From positions 8,665,413 through 8,729,412 of the forward strand of contig CM082581.2 in the NCBI GenBank assembly GCA_040954595.2: a stretch of 64,000 nucleotides of DNA, written 5' to 3'. The translations under genes and the position numbers were made by a program. Under the pieces are notes generated by a model that saw only the letters and a program-made list of their open reading frames with translations, had not been told where the DNA came from and did no database searches. Positions 14,801 to 29,400 of this stretch are shown here, in pieces (the first letter of the stretch is position 1; each line of letters starts with the position of its first letter). The DNA comes from Balanoglossus misakiensis (taxonomy: Eukaryota > Animalia > Hemichordata).

Positions 14801-17800
14801 TGATGTAGCATAAACGAACATTGTGTGTACCGACTCAAGAGTTTTGAAACCGGTCACCGTGGAAAGTGCTGAAGTGCCGGTGGGCAAAAAAATAAAACTG
14901 TCTGTGCAGTGAACCGATTGGTGAAAGTGCAGGGTCTTTAAGTTGAGTTCCCATACTGCACCGAGCGGACGGGTTCGGAGAGAATCCCACGAACAACGCA
15001 TTCGTTTTTGTGAGATTTCACGCAGAGAGTATTCCTTGTACCTCTAACTTTCGGCCACAAGACCTCGACAAAAGATTAAATTTTGGTGGCAATGAGGTGC
15101 CCAATGGTTGGGTTTCACACACTCAAGGGAAAGGACATTTAATTTTCCCCTGATTGGAAACGGCTTATGGTTAAATGCCAAGAAAAACTGGGCTCATTTA
15201 GTTGCAAGAAACTACCGTCGTAAACCACGAGCATCTTTACGGCAACTGCTATGTGCGATACCTTTTGTGAATATAGCTTTGTGAAGTATATGCATTTCTA
15301 AAGACTCTCCGATAATCTGAAGGCAGCAAATCCGAGTGGGACACGACTGTGGCATTTAACTAGAATGTCAAAAGGCGTTTTGAGTCAAGGTCTAGGTCAC
15401 TAAACGATCTCTAAATGCTTCCGATCGACCTTGCCAAAGCGCAGCAGTTTGGGCGAACCAGGCATTGCCTCTCAGTGCCACAATGGTGGTCTCCGAAATC
15501 CAGTCGTACATTCCAACGGTCTGTCGACGGGCTTCCGAAGGTTTCGCATGATTTACCGCCAAGAAAGGGGTGTTGAAAATATACCTGTACGGCACAGAAT
15601 TGAGATTATTGCAGTAATCTGGTGATAGCGGGATAACGTGGATCTTATATACCCTTGCGCTGTTTGAGAACACTTTCATTAAAAAAGTCAAATACAATGT
15701 GGTCTTTTCAATAGGGCGGTCTCTGTTCTACATGCTAGACTGGGACGCTTTTGAACAACTTTGTTTGGAACTCGGCAGCTCGGCCGTAATTAAGTTGTAA
15801 TACGCCGAAGAGAACGCTATTAGTTGCGTGTCTTGGTTTACACGGACCGTACCCACTTACACGGGCGACAAAGAGAACTCGCGCACAATCTGTTCGCTTC
15901 TGTTTACCCATATTACAGCACGCGGGCATGGGTTGACATATAAACACTCCCAGGATACCGCCAGCATTATGCTATTTGTAACTCCACCACGAAGTTTCTT
16001 GTTTTAGTAATGGGAAAGTGTGGTCGTCAGTGTACGGGTTATTGACTTTTGGAGTCCGTTCGTCTCACGCTACTCTTGTTTTGCGTAACCTGAACATTTT
16101 GTAATTACTTTTCAGCAACACCTGAGCCGGGGAAACACTCTCATATACGCGAATTAGCCGTAAATGAGTATGTCGTTTTGTTTTTGTATTGTCTGGGCTT
16201 CCGTGAGTAACCACTCGTACTGAGGCGACATTCTTTGACAAAATGCTTCGACTGAAAGGCCCATATAAAAGTGCCGCCGGGCCTGTGTCACGTGTTTTAT
16301 TAGCGGTCACGTTTGAAAATAATTTGCGGGATTTTTTTCCAAACTTTGTGTACCCCCCCCCCCCCGCACAATATTTTGTCGTACATGTACTTATATTTGT
16401 ATGCACCCTACGTGGACAACTTTTCACGACATTTAGATTATCATATCAAATCGTGTTCCTTTACGGCAGCTCAGTGCCTGGCTAACAATAATTGAGACGA
16501 TTCCACTGACCACAAATACGAACTCTGTAACATTCTGAGGGTCTCTACAGCAAGTGGAAAATTCTGCGGAGATATGAATTTAGGGCCTGCCTATTTGAAG
16601 GCTCAGAATTCATTCGAGTTTAGCGCAGGCGCATTGTTTTGCTAATGGACTGGTGACATGGCTGACTGCGGCCAACAAGCGACTGCTTGTTCTGTGCCGC
16701 AGAGCCTCTGTCGCACCTCCGCGTTAAAAATAGCCAGAATTCCATGCTTGCTCGCACTGTGACATCCTTACAGACTCGGCAAATTAAATTTGACGTCCAA
16801 TGTGTTTGCTCTATATCATTTCTCCATTACAGCACAAATTAATAACTTCCCTCACTGAATTCGCACCCCTCGCGTTAAAAAAACAGACCATTTTATTCGC
16901 ACGGTCGAAGGGGGAGCGGTGATGGCGAGACATGTAATATACTCTTGAACGGGGTGACCTGTCAGAACCTCTCCCCTTCGATTAACAGCTTGCAATACAG
17001 TTTGAATGCACGCCTCAGTTCATCCGACGCTGGGAAATACGTCGGTCTCCAGAAAGAGCTGTATAGGGTTCACAGCGGAGTGTTCAGGTGAACTGGTCCA
17101 TGTATGGGAGAACGGCGGAGCGCAATTCCGCCATTTTTTATTTCGTTTATGAAGTGGAAATTCTTTACTAGTCTTTCCCCCCATTAAATTTCACGCGTAT
17201 GCAAGGTGGCATTTTCCAAGACAATACGACCGTGAACTTGGCACAGGGAAAGAATGTCCATGGCTATGTAATTAATCTTCTAGCATTAATAACCCACGAC
17301 GCTTTTATCAGGTCTATGGTGGTTTCCTTTAACAAATTCCCGTGATTTTTGGGCTTCTTTTGTTCAGGATTGAGTTGTGTGTGCGCGAGTTTGTCTTTTT
17401 GTGAATACTGGCCAACTATATAAGTTCACCATCTTAAATTCACGGTAGTTGCAAAATTGATGGTGACCTTTTACTTAAGTGAATCCGTCTATCCATCCAT
17501 TCCTTTCAGGCGAAATCTGGCTGGACTCGTTGAAATGTAAAGGGAACGAGACGAGCATTGAGCAGTGTTCACATCTTCCGTGGGGAGAGAGCGATTGCAC
17601 TCACGACGAGGACATCGGCGTCAAATGCAAGACATCGAAAACTTCGTCGTGGAGTACCGTCCATGTCGACGCGGCAGTGGGCAGTGGGCAAGAACACGAA
17701 GACACAGAGGTTAGTCATTCCTTCATTGCTTAGCTTAAAAAACAAGTGCTTTACCGAAAATCGATTCGCAACCTGCCTCCGATATGATCTGTATCGGATG

Positions 17801-19516
17801 AAAATTTGAGGAATTAAGGTGACAATTTTTGTTGGTAAAAATAACGGTGAAACTTTGACGCGTTTCGCAGGACCGAGACATTTTCAATATTCTTAGGTGT
17901 TCTCAGGTTGTCAGAGATCCTGTGGTTGCACCGTAGACCCTGGTATACATTGTACATCATTTCCAGGGAACTGGAATAGTGCTTTTATCAATGAGTCTGT
18001 CTGTCTTTCTAATCTCCGGCTACAGATTCGACCCACAGCTGAACCCATATCGCTTAGAGACATAAAGGTTCGGATTCGAGGCAAGAGTACTCCGCACCCG
18101 AAGTCAGAAGGCTATGTCGAGGTGTACCACAACGAAAAGTGGACTTCCGTTTGCGCGGACTCCTGGGATATCAATGACTCCCGGGTCGTGTGCGGACAGC
18201 TTGGTTTCAGCGAGGCACTGCCCATGAAGTTGTCCGAAATCCGGTGAGTGGCTCTCGGCCAAGTTTTAAGTATATATGCCAACTTGTAAAGTGATAGATT
18301 AGAGCGAGTGGTATTATGTGATCGTGTGCCTTGCACTTCAACTGGGAATACTCTACATGTACTTACATCTTACGGATGCTTGCATCATTCCAATTTTTTC
18401 GATAACAGGGGCTCTATAAAACACCGCTTGAGTCACGTGTTCCTGACGAACGTGAGCTGCGTTGGCACAGAGTCTACACTGCAGGAATGCAGGTGCTACG
18501 CCATATCTTCGCCTAAGATGTGCGCCAGCGGAGAGGCGGCCGTGGCCAGGTGTGAGAGGGGCAACTTCGTGGAAGATTCCAGGAGGAAAAGGCCATCGGA
18601 CGCAACAAGCTATCAAGGCGATGAATTGGCAGTGAGTGCAAAAGCTGTTGTCGTCACGGTGTAGGCCTGTATACTGTACCACTTGTCCCCGATAGGTGGA
18701 CTAAATCTGCTCTTGCAAATCTAGTATTAATGCCCAGCTGGAAAGCATTGAACGAATTCTTGTAAAGACGAGTTTATGGACGGACATAATTTTGATAATC
18801 TGCCTTTGTTTCCGCAGCAAAAACCAGTCGTGCGATTCCGTTCCGGACCTTACCTGGGACAGGGTCGAGTGGAAGTGTTGTATAATAATGTTTGGGGCAC
18901 AGTTTGCGGTGATCTCTGGGATATGACGGCTGCCAATATCGTCTGCAGAGAGTTGGGCTTTGGCACCGCTCAGGAGATTGTGTTGAGCGCCAAAGAATTT
19001 GGGCAAGGTAATTTTGTTCACGGTTGTTTTTCGTTTTCCTACCGCACTTGATACACAGAACAAAAAGTCTGAGAGAGAAAAAAACAGACAATAGTTAGAG
19101 CTCATATCTATGCAAAGGGGCAGCGGAAATTGGCCTTGCAGGTAATGACAAAAACATGTCTACCTCTGTTGATGACAGGATCTGGTCCAGTGTGGCTGGA
19201 CCAAGTCAGGTGTAACGGAGATGAGAAGTCTCTTCTGGACTGTCACACTTTGTACTGGACCGATGGACACGCCAGCACCAATCCCTTCTGTACCCATAGT
19301 TATGACGCCGGGGTCAAATGTCATGTCCCCGAGCAGCGAGGAAAAATGAAGGTGACGTTTCCATGATTTTTGTTATCCCTGTCGAGTTGGAAGTTACACC
19401 CTATGGTATTCACTGTCTGTTGTGCACTTTGTATTAAATTCAAGTTTTCTGACATTATTAATCATTAATCAACCAGATAACATAATTATTATAATTTTCA
19501 TTATTATCATTATTGT

Positions 19517-19547
<31 letters not shown>

Positions 19548-22500
19548 TTCATCAATACTGTTGTATATGTGTCACCTATGTTCTCAAATCGCTCTGCTGT
19601 GAAATAACAATTTGCATGAAAAAATGCGGTGGCTTCCTTACTTAACAAAAATGATCAAAACGCACTGCTATTGGCTGAACACACAAAGCTGCCCAACGTC
19701 ACAGTGGGACGCAGCTCAGTGATTGGCTGATGGCAAAAAAGTCTTAGAAACACGAGAACAATAGTTTTAAATTAACATGCCATGCTCTTGTACAACGAAT
19801 GCAGATGGTCGAAGCTGATAACATTCTAATGTTGCACACCTGGCGTCCGTGGCTTGCTGTGCCGGCCTCCAGACAGCCGTGCATTTGTACCGAGTCCACT
19901 CACGCCCAAAAGCAATGCTGACACAAACGCACAGTTGCTAATACAGCACGTACCATAACACATCTTGCACTTAATATTTAACTGTCATTATCAAAGACAC
20001 AGCGCTTATTTATATTATTTTTAAAAGCAAAAAAAAAAAGCGGGATACATTGGTTTTGGGTTGAAAGTCACCATCTTTACTTCATTTAAAAAAATCAGAA
20101 ATACATGTACTCTAATTAGAAACACTAACTCCATATTGGCAATTAGCAATAGAAATAACTAATGATCATCGACGTTCTCGATAAGAGTAATGCACCCACC
20201 TTTAGTCGATTAATTTGTGAACTGCATCGCAAAATCCAAAAAAATCGGAAAATGACGCGGTCCCTTTATTTCCCGTACCCTGTTTCGAGAATCGTACTTG
20301 TGAAAAAATAACTGAAGTAATAATGATTCAATGGGGTGACTGACAAATGCACCGGTTTCGCTCACAAATAAAAAAAATAGATATAGTCAGGGTGCGAAAT
20401 TATCAATGAATGGGAAATCTATTCAGTTGTGTTATGGTACTTGAATTTGCAAATGCGTGTACACACCGCAGATCAGGGCAGTGGGCGGTCGGCTCGACAT
20501 GGAGGGCCGTCTAGAGATCCAGCATGGCAGGACATGGGGATCAGTTTGCAGCGTTGGTTGGGACCTACATGCCGCAGGAGTTGCCTGTAGACAACTTGGA
20601 CTCGGATATGCTATACAGCATCTTGAGGTGAGTTGAGAACCTCCTGTCGTGTGAGGTGTGATGTATGAGCGGGGAACTTCGGATGTAAGATTTTTTTACT
20701 CTGATTTGAAGGGATTATTCCGTTTCACCGTGGAGTTCCCTTGACTGTGACCATTGCATGCATATCTCAGATTTATCAAACATTTATTCGGGTCTTCATT
20801 ATTCTATGTGCATTCTCTTTCACAATTTTGTACGTAACAAGCAGGCACTTGTCTGTTGGTAAAAAGACGAGGATGAACAGCCCGAAGAAGAACAAATGTG
20901 GTTCAATCTCCGGACAAATAACTGACGAAAAAAACACTAAAGTTATCGTTTGCTCTTCATTCACAGGATGTGACGTATTTCGGTGGCATAGATGTACCCA
21001 TCATAATGAGCGGGGTCAAATGCCGAGGAGACGAGCTATCCCTGAACCAGTGTGATCACGACGGATGGCATAATGTGCAGTGTGATCGATATAAAATCGC
21101 TGGAGTTGTCTGCGCCCAAAGTAAGCTACCCATTTCTTCCGGACAAGATAAAGACAACTGCACAGCGTAAAAAAATAGCCACATTTCTCAAGCGACCCAT
21201 TTATAGTGTTAACGGTGTTGTAATGAACTGTGCTTGCTTTAGTTTGGTTATGAACATTCTTTCACGTAGAATAACGGGTTGATATTGCAATTGAACCTGC
21301 GCAGCACAAAACTACATATGGCGAAATTGCTTGGGCGTTGCAAAATGCAAAGAGCGCGACCTTAAATACTTCAAGCGAAGGTCCACCATGGTGCAAGACG
21401 TGGGCCGGGTATCAGACATGATTACCGTCAATAACAGAAATGTTGAAACATGTGTTCTTTCTTTATAAAACTCAAACAGAGCTACCTGACCTGGTGCCGG
21501 ATCTTAAGCTCATAGAAACCTCAGCCTACCTGGAGGACCGCCCGTTACCCATGCTGACATGCGCCATGGAAGAGAACTGCGTTTCCAGCTCGGCCTATGA
21601 CATCATCCCCGGATCGCAAGAGTACGCCTACGGCTTCAGGAAACTGTTCCGGTTCTCCAGCAGTATTTACAACCGTGGCACAGCTGACTTCAGACCTTCG
21701 TTACACAAATCATACTGGGAATGGCATCAGTGCCACTAGTAAGTCACGCGTATACTTATTGGTCTACTTTCAGCTCTCAAAATGCAAGGGTACCTCTATA
21801 TAAGAAAATGTAGTAGTTCAGGCAAAGAAACGGTAGTCGTGTTCCCCTATATGGTAGTTTAGGGTGGTTACCTGACAGTGCAAACTCCAAAACTGAAAGT
21901 AAATGTATATCTGTATATATTTCATTAAAAATTCAAACGTCGAACTAATAATATCTTCTGGTTTCCTTGTCAACAGTCACCATCACAGCATGGAGGTTTT
22001 CGCTACGTATGACATCATTGACAACGAGGGTAATAAAGTGGCTGAAGGCCACAAGGCCAGTTTCTGTCTAGAAGACTCCCACTGTGACCCGGGCGTAGCA
22101 GAATTCTACAACTGCGAAAACTACGGTGACCAGGGAATCAGCGTGAACTGCGCGGACGAATACAAACACAGTATAGACTGTCAGTGGATAGACCTTACCG
22201 ATATATCATACGGACATTATATATTCAGGGTAAGACGGCCATAATACATAATTATTGCAGAAAGTGGGTGATATTGTTCGTTATATATTCGTGTGCTTTT
22301 GCCGCTATTGTACTTGCTCAAAGCCATCAGATTACCACTGTTTTTTTTTTTAATTTATTTACCCACAGCTCCATGTTAATCCAGAGTTTTTAGTCGCAGA
22401 GAGTGACTTCAAAAACAACGAGGTCATATGCAACTTCAGCTATAATGGATACGAGATTGGTTTGTGGTACTGCAGGTTCGGTAAGTTTTGTGAGGTTTTC

Positions 22501-22649
22501 TTCTGATTGGGATACGATTCTTGCTCTCCTTCCCCCAAGTGTCAGCGACCACGAGCGTTCTTGTTCGAGGGTTTGAAGTGTCAAGCACGCACGCGCATTC
22601 ACACAATCTCGGGTGTTTTTTTTTCTTTCTTGCAGCGTCTGACGATTAG
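11877..22649 (+). CDS. LOXL2: Lysyl oxidase homolog with four SRCR domains (LOXL2/3/4 pro-orthologue)
   Basis: Exons 11877-12180, 17510-17709, 18026-18243, 18409-18631, 18818-19007, 19179-19351, 20472-20627, 20967-21120, 21480-21738, 21977-22229, 22369-22480, 22636-22649, all GT-AG and phase-consistent. Encodes a signal peptide, four SRCR domains (e.g. [19 protein letters not shown]) and the LOX domain LPDLVPD...CAMEENC...[16 protein letters not shown]...[10 protein letters not shown]...[15 protein letters not shown], with the copper His triad and LTQ Lys/Tyr intact. The first coding exon has an acceptor at 11828; a likely non-coding exon donor lies at 10750. Confidence 0.95.
19512..19547. 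repeat. (GTT)n microsatellite in LOXL intron
   Basis: ttgttgttgttgtcgttgttgttgttgtt seen directly. Confidence 0.85.
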
Positions 22650-23465
22650 AAGACTGGTTTCCAATGGGAACGTTGATCACGAAGATGATATAAAACTGAA
22701 TAATATAGAACGTGCGATTTGGTATATATATTTCCCGAAGAATACTTATTTTAGAAGTTTAAATTATCAACCCTATGGTGCTTGGCTACTGAAATAATTT
22801 TTGCTAGACCAAATACATACCGGATGTGAGATTTCTTTTATTTATAAACAGTCTAAGATAAGAACCGGTACCAATCACGTTCAAAACATTTTACAGAGAC
22901 AATTTTTGACATTTATCTTAAATATTTGTAGAAGGCAGTTGTAAAATATAAGGTTCCTAGCTCTACCTAAATTTTAATCAGAATTTATGTATTTTTGTCT
23001 ATTTGTCGCTAATCGAAAAATTTTTGAATTATAATATTACACGCGTAATTAAGTGTTTTCACGATCTCATTTCCATTTCATACATGCGAAAATTAACCAA
23101 TTGGTTCTTCTCATTATCATAATTTTAGAAACATATATATAAGTTATCAGTAGACCTGTACACACGTTGGTCCACAGACAGTGTAGTTATACTCTACGTG
23201 CACTGTATATTCTAGTGTAGTACTGGTATAACTCGAACGATGGTTTTCTTCCGTTTGATTGCATGGCGTAGCAGAGAGACCCAATGACGTTTTTGAGTGA
23301 ATATCTTCAAATATTTTTCTCAAAGAAAATACTCTAGGTTTTGCACGACCCTGTGACTTGTAGAGGTGCTTCTGTAATAGACATACTGTAGAACTTTTCG
23401 GCGTTGCTAACAATCGCGAAAATTCGCTATTGGCTTAGAAGTTCAGTGGTTTATTACTGTCACCG

Positions 23466-23487
23466 CCCATGCGCATGCGGTCGGAAG
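23466..23487. promoter_or_regulatory. NRF1-like plus ETS motif, possible FBXO41 upstream promoter element
   Basis: CCATGCGCATGCGGTCGGAAG. Candidate non-coding first-exon donors (GTGAGT) near 24168 and 24247. Confidence 0.3.
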
Positions 23488-23865
23488 ACATATATCACCA
23501 GCTTCTTTTAGCTGTCACGTATAAAACTCAAAACAGCAACTACTGTGTAGTTAAGCAGTTCCATTCTTACATGTAATTTGCGCTATTTTTTATGCAAGTG
23601 GCGAGTGCGTAAGAATGTATTTGCTACGTCATATGGCTCATTTTTGTGTTTGAGGTCAATATGTTTTGTAGAACGACTGGATATTAAGACACCAAACCTT
23701 TGTAATCTTTATTTTTTTTCTTTGAACCCACTTTAAGTTAATAAAAATTACGATGTTAAACTTATACGACACGTGCATGTTTTATTTATGATGGCCTTTC
23801 CTGACATTTGTTACTTATTGTTCAAGTTCAAACGTGGAAAAAATGTAATACGAAATGAGGTATGT

Positions 23866-24010
<145 letters not shown>

Positions 24011-25077
24011 TTTGCGAGGTCTATCCTCCATACACACGCCCTCTATAGTTTTAAAATAGAGAGTGTCCTTCTATCATATACACCAGTGACGTCGACGTAA
24101 CATAAGAGGACCGAGCGGTCACTGGATGGATGGAAGTATTTTGGTGCTTGGCGAGTCGAGTCTCTCCGTGAGTATCTTCTTGTGAATGATAGAACAACTC
24201 GTAAGTGTTGCTAAATACTCGACGAATAACTACAATGCTTTAAACGGTGAGTACATGCGACATAAATGGGAGCTCACAACATATTTTATCTACCACCAGT
24301 GTATGTAGTACACGAATAATTATGCCAGTGATATTGATGAACTGAATTCACATAAAATATACAATGGTTCTAGTGTGAAATGGTTGAAACAGTTTCGGGG
24401 TCGCTCTTGGCTTAGGGACAAAAACTGCCGACACGTAAATATTTAAAATATTGCTTCAGGAATATATGGTTGACATGCTGTTTTGCCAACACAGCAGACG
24501 TGCCATGATTCAATCATTCATTCAGCTCTTATTTAATTATCCATGCGTCTGTTTTGGAGAGACCGTAGTTTAACTCTATGATATTTATTACATGTCTTAC
24601 ATATCGATATTTACATTTTTCCATACGACAAGTTTGTGTTCATTCTTTACGACTGAGCTGGTCTTGGCACTCTGCCCGGAAGTTGTTGGTTTGTTCTCCG
24701 CCCGAACAATAGATCACAATGCGTTGTACATTACATAGCGTCTATTTTACCCTCGTAGTGGTGTGACCTCCGCTGACCTGGGCAGTTGTTCGGCATGCTT
24801 GCACCTGGCCTCGCCGATGTGCCTCAAACTGGGCCACCCATTGACGGTCACCCATGTGTGTTCGAAACTCAGTGTGTACATGTCTATACACTTACGGTCC
24901 CTCGCGTGCAGCATTACTTTCGGAAGCTCCTCTTACTAGACCCCCGCGTCGTAATCATAACACCGGCGTTTGTGTTGTTATCGCGACGTGCCACCGTCAT
25001 GTTCTTGTTGCACGGGTCCAACACCACCCCTACCTTCACTCCAGGGCGCGGTGCAGTAATAATGCTAACCCAGGGTT

Positions 25078-25438
25078 TTACCAATGTCACCCCCAGATCC
25101 CTCTAATACATGTACCATAGAAAACAATGGATTTCAATTTGGACCAAATCATGGTGGTGAAAGGGACACCGAGACATTGTTACATTTCTATTGAAGGCAT
25201 GAAGCATGGTTGAGAAGAACCATCTTTCTGAAATAATAAAATGTAATTTGGGAATATTAAACTACCCCAGTACATGTGCAGATCTGGTATTGGGTATTTC
25301 AGATCTACTGGTATCTGCCCCCATCATTATAAACACCATGCATTGTGTGACCATTTTCCTCCTGTTTTCATCGTTAGAGGTTCATCTTTGCCCCAGAAAA
25401 CAATGGATTTGAACTAAACCATGGTGGTAAAGGGTTAA
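25078..25438. mobile_element. Two degenerate copies of the ~90-bp MITE family (about 25078-25165 and 25355-25438)
   Basis: Both contain AGAAAACAATGGATTT. They end GGACCAAATCATGGTGGTGAAAGGG and CTAAACCATGGTGGTAAAGGGTTAA respectively. Confidence 0.6.
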
Positions 25439-26411
25439 TAGCCAGTGTAAATGCATTTTAATTTACCAAAAGTGTGCAGTGTTTTGCCATCCCTGATATC
25501 CTTTGCCTGTGTTGAGCAATATACTCATTGTTATGTAGAATCCTGCTAAATTAGCCCCATTAGAAATTTCCAGGGAGAATGCCACACATATACAGACAGT
25601 GTTTTCAATGTTTAGGCACACTACAATCCAGTATACACTTATAATAAATGTACTGTCTACGCTGTAACCTATACAAGTTGTGGTATTTAAAGTATTGCAA
25701 TTTGTGCGTATACCGGTAGATAGCACTAGTTGACTTAATTTGATAAGTCATTGGCATTTATGTACCAGTTTGTTTGATAAGCCAGTCATATATCTCAATA
25801 AAATGATACTCTTCAGATTGACGTCATTGATTGAGATAAACACTTCCTAAGCCACACACAGTGACAGGTGAATGGTAAAAATAATCAATACTGCCCACAT
25901 TTACCATTTCACATAAATATCATAAACTGTTGAGTATTGATTACATTTAGCATGGGTTAGGCAGCCAGGATCTGTGTAGTGTGTATAATTCATTGGACAG
26001 TGGTTGCTAAGCAATTCAGCGCATGCAAAAATATGTCAATTTACCAATAGGGTGCCCGGTGGGCTTTCCTGTCACATCTCAGTGTAAGGGTGCCACGCCC
26101 AGTTGAATACTAAGTATACAAAATGACGCATATGAAAATGCACTCAAGTTGTTGGATCTGGTGGTAGATGTAAAAATGTAATTACATACAGTACTTATTA
26201 AATTAGTCAACCAATATGCGGTTCATTTCAAGATAATTAATACATTCCCTACATCTGCATGCCGAGTAAAATGATGTCATATTCTTTGGTTGTAACAGAC
26301 TGTGAAGAAATCATTTCAAAGTTTGTGGAATATTATTAATGTATTGCTTCTTTCTTGACCTTTGCAGCACATTAGATGAAACTTAGTGGACTTCAACTAT
26401 TTTCGTGAACA

Positions 26412-29400
26412 ATGGAACGAGAGGACACTTCAGTACTTCTCGAGTTGCCTTATCGCTGTCCGAGATGCGGCGAGACCAAGCGATTCGGCAGTCTTTCCGC
26501 TTTGAAAACGCACCTGGAATACGAACACACGTATCCCATTCCCGAACCGTTTGCCGCGAACGGAGCGTTCAATTCGTCCAAGGGCCACAAGTCGGCTTTC
26601 CGGCCGTGGGAGCGTTTCACCGCCGAGGCCAAGGAACTGGAGAGGCAACTGGCCGCCGCCAAGGAAACCGAGAGAAGGCACAAGCGGGAACGGGAATCAG
26701 ACAGTAACTACAGGGTGAGTCCGGAGGATTTTCCCGTGATCCCGCGCGCGAGGTCTCACGAGGATTTGTTCCGAGCGGACGACCGCCACCGGTCGCGGCA
26801 CAAGAACGGACCCAGGGACGAGAGGAAACTGCTGGACTTGATCGACAAGTTGAAGAACGACCTGAAGAGGAGAGACAGAGAGTTGGAGAAGGCGAACGAG
26901 GAACTGCAGAGGCTGACACTGGAGAAGAGAAGACTGCAGAAGGAGAACACAGAGCTGAACAAACAACTGGACGGCGATCTGGAGTACATCGCCGAGTTGA
27001 AGCAGCAGCTACAAGACAAAGACAAACAGCTGAAAGAAAAAGACAGGTGAGTTGTTGAACTTACAGTACAGTTCAGAAATAAGTTTCCATCTTGGTCAGC
27101 TCCACTTTATCTGTACTGTACAATTGTCCAGGTACAGTACATGTACGGTAGAATGTAAATTTGCTTGCTTGCTTCTAATGTTATTTGAGGTGCTGACCCC
27201 ATTGTAATGCCTCCTTAAAAATAAATCTCCAACTGTTCTCCTTGTATCCCCATAACTCTTTTGTGGATCAGAAATGCGTACAGTAGGAGGTTAGTTGCAC
27301 ATTTAAATGGCCCATTGATTATTGTACCAGCAAATCGGGTTCATACAAAACCTCACTGTAAAGCACTGGGCACTGTGGTTTAAATAAAATGATTTATGTT
27401 GCTTCAAAATGTATACACAATTCTAAATATATGTATTGCTAGACTGGAAGATCAGTCTTCAGTGTTTATGTTAAGGGCGTTACCCAGGTACATCGTAAAT
27501 GTTACTGTGGTTCCCCAGTCATTTAATGCTGGGGTTCCTCTTGGTAGATCAATGCAGACATATTAATGGGTAGAGGTGAAGTACGTGTTACCAGAGTTTC
27601 CAATTCATTTACCAACATTCCCCAATATTAGGAAAAACACTGCTCTCAATGATTACTTCCCTTCTTAAGGGGAGGGGCCAGGGCACACCTCCTCTATGTG
27701 TTTTTCACCTGATATCATCAAGACACATTGCACAGTAGCCCTTTATTCAAATAAACAATATCATGAAACTGTATCCCCTGGTTCCATGTATCCGTGGGCC
27801 ATATATCTTTGCCTGCAACATGTGTTGGAGGCTTCTGTGCACTCTGGCATTTCAATATGTTAATTTCATTATTGTTGAAATCTGAACATTTGAACTGGAT
27901 AATATCACTGTGTGTATGTTTGTGGGCGCTGTGTTCAAACACTAGATGAGTGATTGGGTCATACATGAAATAATTCACTGCTGATACAGATCTGTTGAAT
28001 CTACCGATTTCCTGTAATTTTCACTCAACATTTTGATGGCAATCAGAAAAATGCAACGCGAAACACCAAATTTGCCTTTTCCTGTCACGTCTGTTTTCAC
28101 CCGAGCAAAAATAAAAAATGTCACCATGGCAACATGTTCCAATATTCAAGATCAGAAGTTAACCGGCTTTAGTGCTTTGCGTGGTGTCGAACAAAAGGCA
28201 GGTCTTGTGAAAAATTGGTGTGTGTGTCAGCTTGTGACGTTATATCCAGCCACAACAATGCAGATCTTGGTTCACAGATGGTGTGATAGATTGTCACTGT
28301 TTCCGAATAAGCCCCATTCATGCGTACATACATTCAAAGGATATAACTGGTACCCCCTTTTGGAATATTTGTACAGTAGTTGTAATATTGACAAACATTA
28401 AAAATTATTTCTTTGACTGTCACGAATTCACATTGAAATGTATGGTACAGTCAGTCAGAATCATATAAATACAATTGGAAAAAACATGTCCTCACTCAAT
28501 GAAATATTTTCCTCTCTGTCTCGGAGTGCATTTAGTCCGGATTCTGCAAATCCCATATATTTGGCATTGTAAACACATGGTTGTAATATTTGCCACTTGA
28601 CCGTGCATTGTTAGCCTCAGCCCTGGTGTTAAATTGTCAGCCTATTGTGAATTGAAATATGGTACATTTGTTTGTAAAAATACCATGGAGTGGAGCAATT
28701 TCACAAAATATTTGAAATGCCTCTTGTTCTCTCAATGTGATCAAATACAGCGTAACAACACATGGTTACTATGCAAGATAAAGATGCTGGTTATAAAGGT
28801 TTTTGTTTATTAAATCAATTGTTATGTAAGAATTTAACAGTTTAACACTAAAACCTGCATCCACATTGAACTCTAACTGGTGGGCAGTAACTGGTAGCTC
28901 GATGGGTTGGAAATGTAGGGAGGGTAATTTTGTACAGAAATGTACATAGGCATGCTACATGTGCCGACTTGATTGATTGTTTGTTGATCGAGACAGACCA
29001 CAAAAGTATTTAGTTACACTACCCGTGATTACAAAATATTGTGATCCATAATGCTGGGGTCACAACTACACCCAAATGAGTCTACCTGGCTTTGTCATAG
29101 GGATATGTACATTTGAAGGACAACTGTACTTATACATGTGCACTGGAAAGCCACACGTTTCTCAGCTTTTAGCCATTGTTTTCACAACAAAGTTATTGTG
29201 GCATTCTGTCATTCCAACTTGGTTGAATGTTGTTTGGTAACTTGATGCAGTTTCAAGAAATATGCGCTTGTCTGCAGAAGAAATTGTACATTGTATACTG
29301 CAACATTTCTGTTAGTTTTGAACAAGAAACAAGCTTTGAACAACTTTTGACACAATTCTAAAGTTCAATTAAGTGCTATAATTCATGTGATAAACTTGAA

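Noticed and set aside
21730-21992. Apparent TAG stop in the LOXL copper-binding motif
   Set aside because: It is TA|GTAAGT; splicing forms TAT (Tyr), so the gene is not a pseudogene.
25496-25504. ATATCCTTT, a perfect AT-AC U12 donor
   Set aside because: No upstream exon or matching AC acceptor found; likely chance.
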